A DNA stretch of 64,000 nucleotides, taken from the NCBI GenBank assembly GCA_965645245.1, contig OZ287080.1, positions 1,302,001 to 1,366,000 of the forward strand, written 5' to 3'. The notes below the pieces were generated by a model. The model was not told where the DNA came from. It saw only the letters and a program-made list of their open reading frames with translations, and searched no databases. Below are positions 36,717 to 49,351 of this stretch, one piece after another. Within the stretch, counting starts at the first letter, position 1, and every line of letters begins with the position of its first letter. Position numbers and translations under genes: made by a program. Source of the stretch: Massalongia carnosa (taxonomy: Eukaryota).

Positions 36717-37545
36717 GCTGAAGAAAAATAAAGGTAAAGGTTAGCATAAACTCTTATAGCTCATAGGCTAATAGGTATTCAGTATCTTTCCATCATGACT
36801 AAGATGATACAACGCGGAGCTGTAGGTATAGCGTAATATGACTTTCTTAATTTTCTCCAGAATTGTCCCTTCGTGGTGTGGTGAGTGATCAGATGCAACG
36901 ACGTCGATATAAACAATGGCATTAATGACAGTCAGTAACTCCACCTGCTGCAAAAGCTGGCCATATAGCTGCTTGACCCCTACCTGCACTAATGGCGCCT
37001 AAAAGCTCAACTCAGCTCGACGATGTGGTGGTGCTCTAGGCCTAAGGTTTTCTCTTCTCTTTACTCACAATCGGAAGACATTTGTTTTCGGTAGGATAGC
37101 GACAAGGTCGAGTCTCAAGAAACGCGTCGATGATTGACTGTTATCGCTGTACCCGGGTATTTTATCAGCATACTCAGGTAATTTTTATTCTTAGTAATAC
37201 AGCTAAAATATCCAAAAATATCAAATTTTTAGTAATTAAATATGTGATCTTATGATTACTGTGGGTCCACCTACCTGCACCTGGCGTAATACGATGACTA
37301 CGTCTTGGTGCTTGGTTTGGTGGATGATGAATTGATTCTATCTGGGAAGGGCTACTATCTATAGTGGGCGAACACGTGATAAGCACGTGCCCGCTTGTTC
37401 TAGCCCTTCCGATCCATTCCATTCTAGCCTTATCTGGCTAGTCCCCTTCCTTCTAGAATCCCCCTAGAATCCCCTTCTGGAATCCCCCTTTTGGTACCTA
37501 CAATTACTTAATATTAGGGGTTTTCAGAGTAGAAATTTTCGAGTC

Positions 37546-37686
37546 TATAAACCATTATTCCCGTTTTCCCGTAAATATTAGTAAGCAGACTAAACCTATA
37601 TAGGTTTAACTCTAACCCTTTTTTTTATAAATACGGGAACACGGGAATAATGGTTTATCGGTCAAAATCGACCGATAAACCATTAT
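37546..37686. repeat. Nested inverted repeats of ATAAACCATTAT(TCCCG), probable MITE relic interrupted by the LINE
   Basis: ATAAACCATTATTCCCGTTTTCCCGTA / TACGGGAACACGGGAATAATGGTTTAT, plus hairpin ATAATGGTTTATCGGTC..GACCGATAAACCATTAT. Confidence 0.6.
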
Positions 37687-37931
37687 GATGATGATGATGA
37701 TGTATTCATACTCCGATATGACACCGGCCGTAGGCCGGCCCATGCGGGCAAAGCTATCTAAGTTATGTTACATGGAAAACCTTTCACAGGTGTAAAAACC
37801 ATGTCCCTTGATACCCGTCCGATGTGACTACGTGTCGACGTCGGGCGGGAGACGCAGTGCAAAAGACGTGTGGGAACTGTAATGCCTTGTGAAAAGAGAA
37901 GAAAGAAAGAAAGGTTCAACTATTGTTGATT

Positions 37932-40900
37932 TTACAATAATGTTGATGCTAGTGAGAATTGATTCAATAAGCCTGTTTTCATTAGCCAAGCAGTTAGTAT
38001 CTTCAGAGTTTTTGATGATTTGGTCAGCTGCTGATAGTCGCTCGTGCCGGCGGCGCGAAACATCTGTTCTCTATTGTCAATAAGTCTGCAGAACATGATT
38101 ACATGTTCTGGAGTTTGTCTGTGCCAGCCACATGAGCAGGCCGGTGAGGTGACGGAGGGCACCCGTCGCTTGTAGAGGAAGTCAGCTAACCCGATCTTGC
38201 CAGTGCGGATTTGAGTTGTTAGAGCGCTTTCTGCCTTTTTTAGCTGCGTGTGTATTTTCAGCCGTTTTTTGCTCAGTGGGACTGATTGTGCTATGGAGGG
38301 TTCGATGACGCGATTTTGATATGCGCACCACGAGTCGTTCCAGACCTTCATTTGTCGTGCTTTGATTTTTTGCATCTGCTTGTGTCGGGCCGTTGCCGCA
38401 ACGGTAGCTTCGCAGTGCCACGCCGGGTAGACTTCGAACCATGGTGGGTGTGCCTTTGGTGGTTGAACTATTTTTGAGTCGATCAGTAGGCTTTTGGCCC
38501 AGATGTGTTTCAGCTCTCCCGGGGTGGGCTTTTGAAGTCGTTTGCGACCTGCCTTGCCTCGAAGTTTGTCAGCTATTTTGTTGCATGCGGAGGAGATGAT
38601 CTTCAATTGGCCTCCGGCACGGAGCCGGTGCCTTGCCTGTGCTTGTAGCATGTCGAGATGCGTGTCTATGGGCGCTATGAATGTCTCTGCTTCTAGTACT
38701 GAGATGGGAGTGGCTTTAAAGGCACCGGCTATGGTGCGAAGGCAATTGTTTTGCATGACGGAGAGCTTGCTCGTTGACGTTTTTGACTTTTTGACTTCTT
38801 TGGGCATGTGCCATACGGTTGACCCATATGTCATGGCCGGACGCACCACGGCACTGTAAACCTGCCTTGCCTTGGCGAAGGTGGCACCCCAGGTTGATGT
38901 GGAAATTTTTGTCAATGCCATGGATTGTTTGACCATTTTCTCTTGCGTTTTGCGAACGTGCGGTCCCCATTTCAATTTGGTGTCGATTTGTAGGCCCAAT
39001 ACTCTGATGTCCGTTTTAGGTTCAATTTCGGTGCTAGCAATATTGATGGATGCAGTCATGTTAAATCTTTTGGGATTTCTGGACAAGTGTATGAGTTCGT
39101 ACTTCGTCGGAGCGAATACGGACCCGTGCCGGGAAGCCCACGTCTCACATTGTCTGTGTATTGCCTCTAGAGTTTTGCAGTTTTCCTCGGTGCTTTTTCC
39201 ATATGCCAAAATGTTTGCGTCGTCTACGAATCCTATGGCACTTGTGTTTTTGCCTGGTCGATCACATATTTCCAATAGATCTGCATTGTAAAATAGGTAA
39301 AGAATGGATGACAGGGGAGAGCCCTGCGGGATACCCGTTCTTACCGCAAACCGCCCAGTGACTTTTCGATTTATTGCTAAAGTGGTGCTTCGATCGCTCA
39401 GAAAGCTGTTTAACCAGTCGGTGATCCATTTTGGAATTTTTCTTTTCCGTAGGTTGTGCGTTAGTCGTTGATGTGATACCGTATCGAACGCGCCGGCGAC
39501 GTCCATGCTTAGCAGTGTGGCTACTTTGTCTTTTCCCTGTCCCCAAATCGTGTGAACCTGTTCAGTTAGCAGCTCCAGTGCTGACTCTGTGGATCTGCCC
39601 TTCCTTGCTCCCATCTGTGTATCGGGTAGGAGCCGGTGTTTTTCCGCCAGATAGGTTATTTCGATCCAATGATGGATTCCATAACTTTACTGAGCGTGTT
39701 GAGCAGTGCAATTGGTCGGTAGGCTTTCGGCGTGGTATAGTCTCCTTTGCCTATTTTTTTCAGCGCTATTGTGTTTGCCATTTTGAAGGCCCGCGGGTGG
39801 TACGAGTGTGTGACGCACGCCTGAAACAGAGGTGTTAGTAGTTCGACAAGTATTTCGCTGCATGCTTTGAGTATTCTGTTAGATATGCCGTCTGGGCCCG
39901 GTGCCTTATCGGACTTGAGCCGACTCAGGGCCGTCGATACTTCTGACTTGGTGATGATTATTGGGCAGTGCGGCGATGTAGGATAGAAGGATCCTTCTAT
40001 GTCGCTTAGGTCGGCCGGTGGTGGTGCGGGAAAGAAGACACCTTTCAGCATTTCGGCTTTTTGGTTAAACGTGTCTGCTACTTGGTCATTGAATTTTAGC
40101 ATCGGCATTTTGGATACTTCTCTAGATTGATGACTTTTGTCTTTGGCCCATTTCGCTAGCCGCCATAGTCCCTGAGGCGTTTCGGTGGCCTTATTGATTT
40201 CTTGACGAAAGTTTGTTCTCTTTGCCTTTTGAATGATTTTCTGTTTTTTATCATTGGATTTCATATAGTTAGACCAGTCCGTTAGGTCTAACGTGCTGGA
40301 CCATATGCGGCGTAGTTTCCGTGTGGCTTTGGTGGCAATGCTGCATTCTTCTGTCCAGAATGGCTTAGCATATTCGCTAGATTTTGCCCATGGAACTGCT
40401 TCGTTGATGACATTTTGTAGAAATTTTTGAATCAATTCCGTGTACGCATCAATCTCGGCAGTGGTACGGGGAGACTCCGGTATAGGGGCGTGTCGTTCGG
40501 CCTCCCTTAATTTTTCCAGGTTTAGAAGTTTCCATGCTCTGCGTTTGATTTTCGGTTGCGGCTCGCTTCCGAGTAGGATGCGGGTTGATATCGGCACGTG
40601 ATCGGACGATTGATTCAATTCTGGTCTGGACATGCAGTGTTCGAGTCTTTCGACTAGGTATTCTGACATGAAAACCAAATCTATCGTGCTAGACGTGTTT
40701 CTTGCTTCCCATGTTACGGTGCCTTTCGGCATTGTCAACGAAAGATTATGATCATCGATTATTTCTAGTAATTGATCAGCAGCAGCGTGTTATGTGGGTC
40801 TTGAGGGACCATTCCAAAAGGGATGATGCAGGTTGAAATCTCCAAGTAGTATGTGATGCGCATCGGCGGTAAGCATGCTCCGAGCCGCCGGTAAGGTCGT

Positions 40901-41284
40901 GGGACTGTCAGTGGATGAATAGGAAGCGGGAGAGGGGTTATACACATTATGGACGTGAATTGTTTCCATAACGCCTTCGGTGTAGGTCTTTATTTTCAAA
41001 GTGCACATGTCGGCCGAGGTGAATTCCACCTCCCAGCTGTCAGTGTCTATTAGGTCGTTGACATAAAAGCACACTCTGGTGTCACCTCCTGGGCGGTATA
41101 GGAGGTGAAAGCCGCTTTGATGAGAACTAAGCGATGTGGGGGCGGATGGATTGCGCCACGGTTCCTGTATTGCAATAATATCATAGTCCTGGGTGTTTGT
41201 GTCTGCTAAGAGGGGTATCATAGTACTCACTCTGTCATTTCTGACATTATACTGCAATATAGAGAGGGATTTTGTGTCCCTCAT
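37932..41284 (-). pseudogene. LINE ORF2: APE endonuclease + reverse transcriptase + C-terminal Cys/His finger; one nonsense and one frameshift
   Basis: ILQYN, IQEPW, GDFNLHH, SDH, KAPGPDGI, YRPIALL, PQGSPLS, FVDD and CSCG..QTPEHVIMFC. TAA at 40790 and a -1 shift near 39658. Confidence 0.93.
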
Positions 41285-42768
41285 AGGATTTCCATCGTTT
41301 CGGCCGCTGTGTTCGATGTGACCTGAGTTCCTGCCGTTAATGCTACGGAATCTGCACGAGGCCTACCCAGCACTGGTTTTGCTAAGGCCTTTACCATATT
41401 TTCAGGATTCATGATGCCTATATTAGCCCAGGTAGGTGCGTCGTCTCCCCGATGAGGGCCCGGGGGTGTGCCGGATGAGGGCGTAGCGTTGTGTATTTTT
41501 CTTTTCTTGCCGTTTACTATCTTCCACGTTGACGGAATTTCGTCCGTTTGTGTGACTGTGGGTGTCGACTCTCGTTGAAGTTGAAATTGAAATGAGGGCG
41601 GCTGTGATCCGATTGCATAGAGGGGGGCGCGGTTTTGCATTGCTATTTCAGTTTTTCGCTTTTCAGCTAATCTGACTTTGCATGCTGTGGACCATGCTTC
41701 GTGTCCCTTCTCTCCGCATACGGCGCAACGGCGGTATTGCCCCGTTGTCTCCAGATTGCATTCTTTGCTTTGATGTCCACCGGCGCAGTGACCACAGGCG
41801 GCGGGATTGCGGCATGCTCTACCGATGTGTCCGTATTTTTGGCAGTTGAAGCATTGAGTCATGGTGCAACCACGTGTGAAGCGCTCGCAGTCCTTTATTT
41901 CGTAGCTTTCCATTAGGCCCTCGGTGATGAGCCGGTTAGCCATCTCGGCGGTGGCGACCTCTATATGAAGCGTCGAGTACGCTTTTTTCTCTCTAATGGC
42001 CTTGATTGACCAGGCTACTTTGACGATCTTCAGGTTAGGGTGCAGGCGTGCGTTAGCGGCCTGAAGGTAGGTGATGGCTGTTGATTGATTGGCCACTTTG
42101 ATGTTTTCCACCCTGATTCCATTCGCTCTTACGGTGAAGGTGCGGGTGTGCACCGCAGCTGAGGCGGCCACCATGCGGGTCCAATCGGTCTTCTCCTGCA
42201 GGGTCTTCTTTGCTTCCAATGACTCTGCGTGAATCCTGATGTCGCCGTTTAACAAACGCGACACTCCCCTTATTCCTTCAGCTCCATTTTGTAGTGTTTC
42301 TACTAACTCCTTGGTTGGCATTAGCTTCATTTTTTCCTTGTCCGCATCCTCCGTGATGTGAACGGTGATTTCCCGGGCACGTCGCGCTTCTCTTGGTGTG
42401 GGTGCTTTGTCTTTGCGGGCCTGTTGAGGCTTGACGTTTTGGTTCTTTGGGGGTGCGGGCTCATCTCGGCCTTGCCTTGTGGCAGCAGCGGCATAGCTGC
42501 GAGGAGTGGTCTCATTGCGCTCTATGCGTGTCAATGATTGTTGGATTGCCTGTAATGTGTCACCTATGTTGTTAGGAGTTTCTGCAACTTTGTCATCGAC
42601 TAGATTTTGCGCTTGCAAAATTTCCGCTGAGTTTCTCAGCAACTGCAACGCCTCCGGGTCACCAACGGTGCCCACTCGATCAAGATACTCCTTGATCTTT
42701 ACGTGTAAACATTCCCTCCTTTCGCTGTGCGCTCTCGAGAGCGCGTTTGTTTGTTCGAGTGTAGTCAT
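41281..42768 (-). CDS. LINE ORF1 (gag-like, CCHC zinc knuckles), 495 aa, intact
   Basis: QCFNCQKYGHIGRAC, CGHCAGGHQSKEC, CAVCGEKGHEAWSTAC and SYAAA motif. Confidence 0.93.
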   Translation of the reverse strand: MTTLEQTNALSRAHSERRECLHVKIKEYLDRVGTVGDPEALQLLRNSAEILQAQNLVDDKVAETPNNIGDTLQAIQQSLTRIERNETTPRSYAAAATRQGRDEPAPPKNQNVKPQQARKDKAPTPREARRAREITVHITEDADKEKMKLMPTKELVETLQNGAEGIRGVSRLLNGDIRIHAESLEAKKTLQEKTDWTRMVAASAAVHTRTFTVRANGIRVENIKVANQSTAITYLQAANARLHPNLKIVKVAWSIKAIREKKAYSTLHIEVATAEMANRLITEGLMESYEIKDCERFTRGCTMTQCFNCQKYGHIGRACRNPAACGHCAGGHQSKECNLETTGQYRRCAVCGEKGHEAWSTACKVRLAEKRKTEIAMQNRAPLYAIGSQPPSFQFQLQRESTPTVTQTDEIPSTWKIVNGKKRKIHNATPSSGTPPGPHRGDDAPTWANIGIMNPENMVKALAKPVLGRPRADSVALTAGTQVTSNTAAETMEIL

Positions 42769-43112
42769 TTTCGCGACAAGTTTATGATCGTAATTGAAAC
42801 GATGAGACTAAGTCTTTCCTCTATACGCCCAGCACCATATATGATGTGCAGTTAACCCTGCTGGGATAGTTCTTGGTTAATGATTTAGTTGTAGTCGTAG
42901 CGTCATGAATAAGAATCTTATTAAAATCAATAATTTTAATGCAACGCGAGTGCAAAATGGGAGATGCTATATAAGCTATGTAATAAGTAGAAAACCCAAA
43001 GGTGAAAAACTACTCCTGCGTATCCGCTTCATCGGGGGTTCGCCGCTCCCGCGGATTGATTCTTGTATCTCGAAAATCTGCGATACTTGTTTCTCAAACT
43101 GAAGAGAGACTG

Positions 43113-43740
43113 CCCGGCTGCTGTTCAAGCAGTTGCGTGGCAATGGAATACTGTGTTAAAATACCTGTGCGCATGAGCCACACGGTTACTACTTTGAGAG
43201 CTTTGGGTTCGGTGATTAGCTTGCGGTAGTCTGACGAGCCTGCCGTTCGTAGCATGTGCGTTCTGTGTTCGTGCAGTGTGCAGAGCATGATTACATGTTT
43301 GGCTGTTTGTAAGAGGCTTCCGCAGGGACATGCCGCCGAGTTCACACCTGGGACCTTGCGCCGATATAGAAAGTTGGCCAGTCCGATTTTTTCCGTTCTT
43401 ATCTGTGTTGCTAGTGAGCTTTGCGCTTTGTCTAGTAACTTGTGTGCGTTAAGCCTTTTCCTGTGTATAGGCGCCTGTTGTGCGATCGTGGGATATAACG
43501 TGTGTTTTGCTTGATATGTTTTCCACTTGTTGATCCACTGATTCTCAAAGTGCTTCTTTATTATCCCATCTCGTTGGTTCTGCGTCGTTACTTGCGCTGT
43601 GCGTTGTCTCTTCTGTGCCTCGTCGATCGTTGTCCAAGGAGGGAGAGGGTTGATCCAGTTTAACTGTTTTCGGTGCGTCTTTCGTCATCTTTGTTACCCA
43701 TTCTCGTTTACGAGTTCCCGGTGTTTTCTCTGCGACTCGC
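43113..43740 (-). mobile_element. Fragment of a second, diverged Tad1-like LINE (ORF2 C-terminus)
   Basis: SSLATQIRTEKIGLANFLYRRKVPGVNSAACPCG..QTAKHVIMLC, paralogous to the end of the adjacent ORF2. Confidence 0.88.
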
Positions 43741-43875
43741 GAGATAAATTTTAGTTATAATATAATCTTTCGATACTTTAAATGAAGAATATAAAATTTT
43801 TATCATGAACTTTTTGAAGATTTCGAAACATTTAGAAAATTTCCTAGAAATTTCTATGTATTTTATTTATAGAAA

Positions 43876-43983
43876 TACCCGGGTATTACCCGGATACTCG
43901 AAAATTGATACCGTACACAGATATTTACCCAAGTACAATTACCCGGGTAGTACCCGGGTACGGGTACAAAGTTGGTTACAGTG
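43876..43983. repeat. Cluster of TACCCGGGTA palindromic repeats, possible DNA-transposon subterminal region
   Basis: Several perfect and degenerate TACCCG(GGTA) units in AT-rich DNA, ending GTTACAGTG. Confidence 0.55.
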
Positions 43984-44572
43984 ACTGTTATAAGCACCAT
44001 TCTTATCCGAACAATCTTGTTGTTTCCTCAAGATTACGTTTTCGTGATTCCAAAGTTCAGAGTGATGATGCGAATAGCAGCTATACGATCCATTGGTATG
44101 TAAATGCTTCCCTTTGTCAAGAATTTAGTTAGTGAAATAATGAAAACTAAGTATGTAGTTACAACTCCCGTGATGCCATCGATGAAGCTTAAATCTGAAA
44201 ACCCGAATTTAGCTTTACGCTTGAACATCATGAAAATTGGAGTAATCAAGTTTTCATGCAGTAGCTCTTTACATTCTGAATGAATCGCTCATTTTGTCTA
44301 AGCGCTTGTTAGACTGCTCGATTCGTTTATTTTCACCTTCATTTCTTTGCGATAAGTCCCATGCCTTGCCGCTTCCACTTAATAAAATGGTTATCTTCCT
44401 TTCTGTCTAGGATTTGCTTTATCCCAAGGAATTCTAATGCTTACGATGCTGGCACCACAATTTTTTCCTGCGGTGAATTCAGGACATAGCCTAGGCTCTA
44501 GTATTTTTGTTTAGACCTATTATCATAGAGAAACCCACTTAGGCTCGACAGAGTTGCTGTTGAAGGAAATAA

Positions 44573-45069
44573 GGGTCTGTTCGATAACATTAAGACTGCT
44601 CCTTTTTGCACCCCTGAATAAGCTGGTGTCCGTGCGTTTATAGCGTCTTATTCGCGGCTACAATAAGAAGCTATTGACAAGTAAACTCGTTGTATATTCT
44701 TTGCCTCTATTTGACTCATGCGAGTAGTCAGAATTAGATTGGGAACAATTCTCATCAAGATTAAATTGATAATCGTCGCTGTTTGCGATCGTCGCTGCAA
44801 GTAGTGTTCCATATTTAAAAGACATATAATCATCGAATACAAAGGCAAATAGAACCCTCCTTAATAAAAAAAGGACCTCGCGACCACCTTTTTTTGGCCC
44901 TCTGCAGACCCTTTGCAATATACCAATTATTGAACTTGCCGCGAAGGAGACTCCTTAAAAAATAAGGAGGAGGCCGAACCGAACGGAAGGCCTTTTTCAT
45001 TATAAGGAGGTTCCATCTTTTCAAGAAGGAGGCTCCTTATTGACAATAAGGAGGTTACCGAACGGGGCC
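44573..45069. mobile_element. PIF/Harbinger-type MITE, copy 2
   Basis: GGGTCTGTTCGATAAC ... GTTACCGAACGGGGCC with a TAA TSD at 44570-44572 and 45070-45072. Confidence 0.8.
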
Positions 45070-47906
45070 TAACACGTCTTAGATTATTTGCAGACCAAAC
45101 CCAAAACGAACTCATCATGGAGACTATAGTTGCAATCTTCGGTTTTAATGGGGTTTAATTAGCTATAGATGATCGCTGTGGGGTATTCTGCTGGACTGCA
45201 AAACCAAGCCAACATCCAATTGATCTCGTGCGGGGCAAGCTCGGTGTACGTTCTGTTTTGCCTGGTGCATGCTTGGAGTCGGATAAGGTTTCAAGGATCT
45301 ATAACGAGGATATGGATAACTTAAGAGGCTAGTAATGAAGGGAATCCCTATTACTCGATTACTAGTCTTTTCGACACAACTGACGGAGACTCTCTGGGTC
45401 TCAAAATGATATCCTGGGGAAAGTGTCTAACTCACATAGTTGGATTATGTTTACCAGGATTTGAACTTATATTTCAGCCATTCCAAACGCTAAAATTCAT
45501 TACCAAGTCTAAATACTACTATTTCTCAACCGGCGGCAGGGTTACTACGATATAATCGATTGATTCGGCGTGCTACAAGATCACAGAGAATTTGTACGCG
45601 TTGACGCTGTCCTAAAACATATCCGCGTTGGACACCAAAAAAAGAGCCGTGGCTGCCTCGAAGCAAGTTGGCTATTTAATTGGATTTATTGAAATTGCGA
45701 AAGTAGTTGATGGTAGGATTACTTATTGAAGGAATTCACTTCTGAATGGACTTAACAATTATCAATGACCTCACGAAATAAATAGAAGAAAGGCTAGCCA
45801 AATAATCAGAGATTACATTATTCTAGTCCTTCCCCGGACATGATGGTGGAAGAATAGCAAATTATCATTGTCTGCGCCACGGGCTGAGAAGTTACTCCCT
45901 GGGATTCAAACATCAATACTTAGCCTTAAAATATGTTTTAAAGCTATTTGATCATTGAAGTGGCAACAGTCCAGCCGACAACTAAAGAAATAATGTCCTT
46001 CTCAAAGGAGGCCACAGGCTCACAGCTGGCGCACCGCGCCAAGTGCGTTATGCGCCCTACTATCATGGTTTATCATGGTATTTTTGGTAATGGGCGTCAG
46101 GAAGGAACGTCAGTTACGTTGGCCAAAGTCGCCGGCTAGTAGCTTACTATTTGAGTATACTATAGAGTGAAGAGCTAAGAGTACACAGCTATTGTCTACT
46201 ACTACAGGTTGTACCGGATTTCGTAGTGCGGAAAACTTTTGTAAGGGCGGTAGCATTACATCTATTTGAGATATGCCTTTCCTTGAAGATCTCGATTGAA
46301 GGGATCCTTGGTATGAGCTTTCAGATACCGACGAGAGTGGATTCACCTCGTGCTAGTCCTTGCCTTTTCAAGAATTTGTTGCCAGCAACGCTACTCGAAC
46401 TTGTTTTTTTCTTTACCGATCTTACCCCAGCACACGATTGAATTGACGGCGGTCCACGATCTTCACGCTTATTCTAGACTTGAAGAGAATCTTTCGGGCA
46501 GGTACGGGCTCACTACTCGAGAGTTTCCATTTCCTAGGTATCCTTTCCCGAAGACGTTATTCTTCGTGTCACAAAATTATTAGCTGAAAGCTATCAGGAA
46601 TTTCCCTAGTTCTACTTCTAATTTTTTAACATAATTACCTTAACCTGCTTACCTAGGCATTGCCTCTAGTTTTGTTGGTTGGGATAATGTTAATCATCAC
46701 TCAAATTTTCTTTCACTTGATATCTGGAGCATTTTCCCGCTTCCCGGCTTCCCGGCTTCCCTATTTTCACCAGACAGAAATTCGTGTGATACAGATTAAA
46801 GGCGTAAAATTTTAGCTCAAAATATTTGGGTTATTTCCTTCATACTCACAATTTACAATAAGGCTATTGCATACTAAGTTACTGCTGAAAGACTTCTTTC
46901 GTCATCGAACTTTGCTTGAGACGGCTCAAGAAAGTGCGCTAACAACACTAAGCACATTTCAGCATCGAATGAAAAGTAGGAAAATTTACGAGCTTGTTCT
47001 GATTATACCCAACTCGGTTTAATTTGCAGCTATAACTAGTGTTACATCTATAACTGGTCCCAATACGGGACCGTTTTTGTCGAGCTTAAGTCGAGAGGTT
47101 TGGCGCCATGCGGACCACAACTCCATTCTGTTAAGAGCCGATATTCTCCAAAACTTTTGTTTAGAAGGTTTGCACTAGCTGACTCGCTGATCTTGGAACA
47201 GGACTTGGGAGATCGGGCTGCTTACCCGAGGTGCCGCGCTTGAACTCTAATCAGGATACAAAATGCGTTATCAACCACTGCCACGCTACGGAGGGTTTTC
47301 TCCGTCCCTCAATCGTGACAGCTTTCATGTCCAGCTTCTCATCCATGCTACACGCCTTCCCCGTCTGGCTCAGAGATAGAGTATTGCATACCATCAATGA
47401 CGGATATCCTTGCATGAAGCATCTTCGAAGTTTTAGCAACTCCTGGACAATGACGTTACAAGTTGTCAAGAGACACAAGCTTCCCTTCCCGGCGCACACG
47501 GCACAAGTACGCAAGAGCCACATTCTGGTGATGATCAGCAAATTGACAGTAGTCTGGCTTGAAAGCGTGCTAGATTTACCAAGCAAGCACCGGTCTCTTC
47601 CTAGCAGAAAATCCCGTAACCCGGAGGGCAGGATATACCCTGCTTGTCACATCATGCAAACGGCGCATGGGGTAGCCTACGATATGAAACGACAGCCTCT
47701 TCCAGATCAATGCTGGGTGTTTGCAAAAATTAGCAAATTGTCGCTGGAGGGATGATATTGAGATTTCATGTCCCTTGTCACCCCTACAATAGCTACGATT
47801 CATACTTGACCTGATAATCGAGCAAGTTCCTGCAATGTAGTGCATCCCCACTAGCTTAGAGAAGGGTAAATTTTCGTTGAAGCAACACCAACATCTTCAA
47901 CGCCTC

Positions 47907-49351
47907 ATGATGGATGTGTTCACCGAGCAAACTTATACTGCTCGTCAGAAACAACTTCTTGGCGTTTGCATCTTCTGCTTGATTATTTCCACGCTCGCTG
48001 TGATATTACGTTTGCTTACCCGAAGATTGTTCGATGCTAAGCTCTGGTGGGATGATTATATTGTGGTTCTTGCGTTGGTATTTGCGTCCCTTGCGTTCTC
48101 CAGTCAATGATGAACTGACTAGTAATTAGATATTTTCTTATATGCCCAATATCTTTACCATTATTGGTAATTGGGTCACAGTTCAACCTCGAAGTTCTAA
48201 GAATTGACGCGCTCACAGATGTGACGCAGGGGTTGGGAAGACATGCCTCGGAAGTATCCCTTCCTGCTTTCAAAGTCATTGGAATAGTCAGTATTCCAAT
48301 CAAGTGAACTGGTGAGGATTCTGCTAATAAGATTATCACCACCCTAGACACTCTTTGTTCACGAACTATTCTGGAACCTTACCTTTCTTCTGATTATTGT
48401 GACAATCCTCATGCTTTACGTCCGGCTATTCCCAAATACATGGATGCGAAAGACATGCTACTCGTTTGGAATATTCAATGTCCTAAACCTTGGGGCAGGT
48501 GGAATCGCCTTGATATTTCAATGCACACCGATTCGCTTTTTTTGGGACAAATCAGTTGCAGGAGGCCATTGTGTTAGACAATACGAGTTTTACGTTGCCG
48601 GTGGCGCAATCACTATGATCTCAGTCGTGATAGCCTTCTTTTTGCCAATACCCATCATCTGGGGCCTGAAAATTACAACCTCCAAGAAATGGGCGCTCGT
48701 AGTGGCTTTCAGCGTGGGGGGAGTGTAGGTTCGCCCTGTGGCTTTTAGCTTGAGAACACATTCTGATCGATGTTATGTCCCTAGCGCCTGCGCCGCCAGC
48801 ATTGTCCGCCTTGTCGTCCTTGCCAAAACCGATGCCAGAGACTTGACCTGTACGCTCCTTCCTGATCTTCTATGAGTGTGACTCATCATGGTGTAGGGAC
48901 AATCGCATACCCCTTACTTTGGAGCTGTGTCGAAGTCAGCATCGGAGTCGCCAGCACATGTGTGCCCTCTTTAATGCCGCTGGTCCTCTTGATCGCCGGC
49001 AAGAAACAGCGAAGCTCAAACACCCAAAGTCAAATCTACGCCAAGTACCCTCACGACACGTCCCGATCGCGGCAATCAAAGCGCTTTAGTCGCATGGACG
49101 AGGATCCGGCCACCCTGCCCGACGGCGTCGAACTCTCTACCACGTCACGCATCGCGATTGATGATAGCGATGAGGAGAGACTAGTTGAGGGGCGGAAGCA
49201 GCCAGGCGGGATTGTCGTCACGAATCAGATTGTGCAGGAAGTCAGCCAGCAGTTACCGCCAGAGAAAGCTGTATCGCTGCTGCGTGGAAAGCACAGTGCC
49301 AATCCAATTTTCACATGGCAGGAGCCGTCTCCTCTGAACTCTACACGATAA
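47907..49351 (+). CDS. Rhodopsin-domain (PTH11-like) integral membrane protein, ~6 exons
   Basis: AVILRLLTR..KLWWDD, GLGRH, LYVRLF, FQCTPI..FWDK, LPIPIIWGL, SIVRL and WSCVEVSIGVASTCVP, separated by GT-AG introns. Confidence 0.9.

Larger units (their letters stand above)
37685..43112 (-). mobile_element. Near-full-length Tad1-clade LINE (non-LTR retrotransposon) with (CAT)n tail
   Basis: ORF1 and ORF2 overlap at ATGA; GC-rich 3' stem-loop and (CAT)n tail. The 5' end is inferred at CAGT near 43112. No TSD found. Confidence 0.93.

Noticed and set aside
38182..42787. Antisense and alternate-frame ORFs over the LINE and other GC-rich genes
   Set aside because: They are shadows of real coding frames with no independent motifs.
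22855..45069. The two ~500-bp direct repeats as LTRs of one 22-kb element or composite transposon
   Set aside because: Each copy has its own TIRs and its own TSD (TTA vs TAA), and the interval holds housekeeping genes, so these are independent MITE insertions.
44000..47800. Short ORFs around MITE copy 2
   Set aside because: No recognisable motifs or consistent exon structure; possibly a decayed gene, but not supportable.
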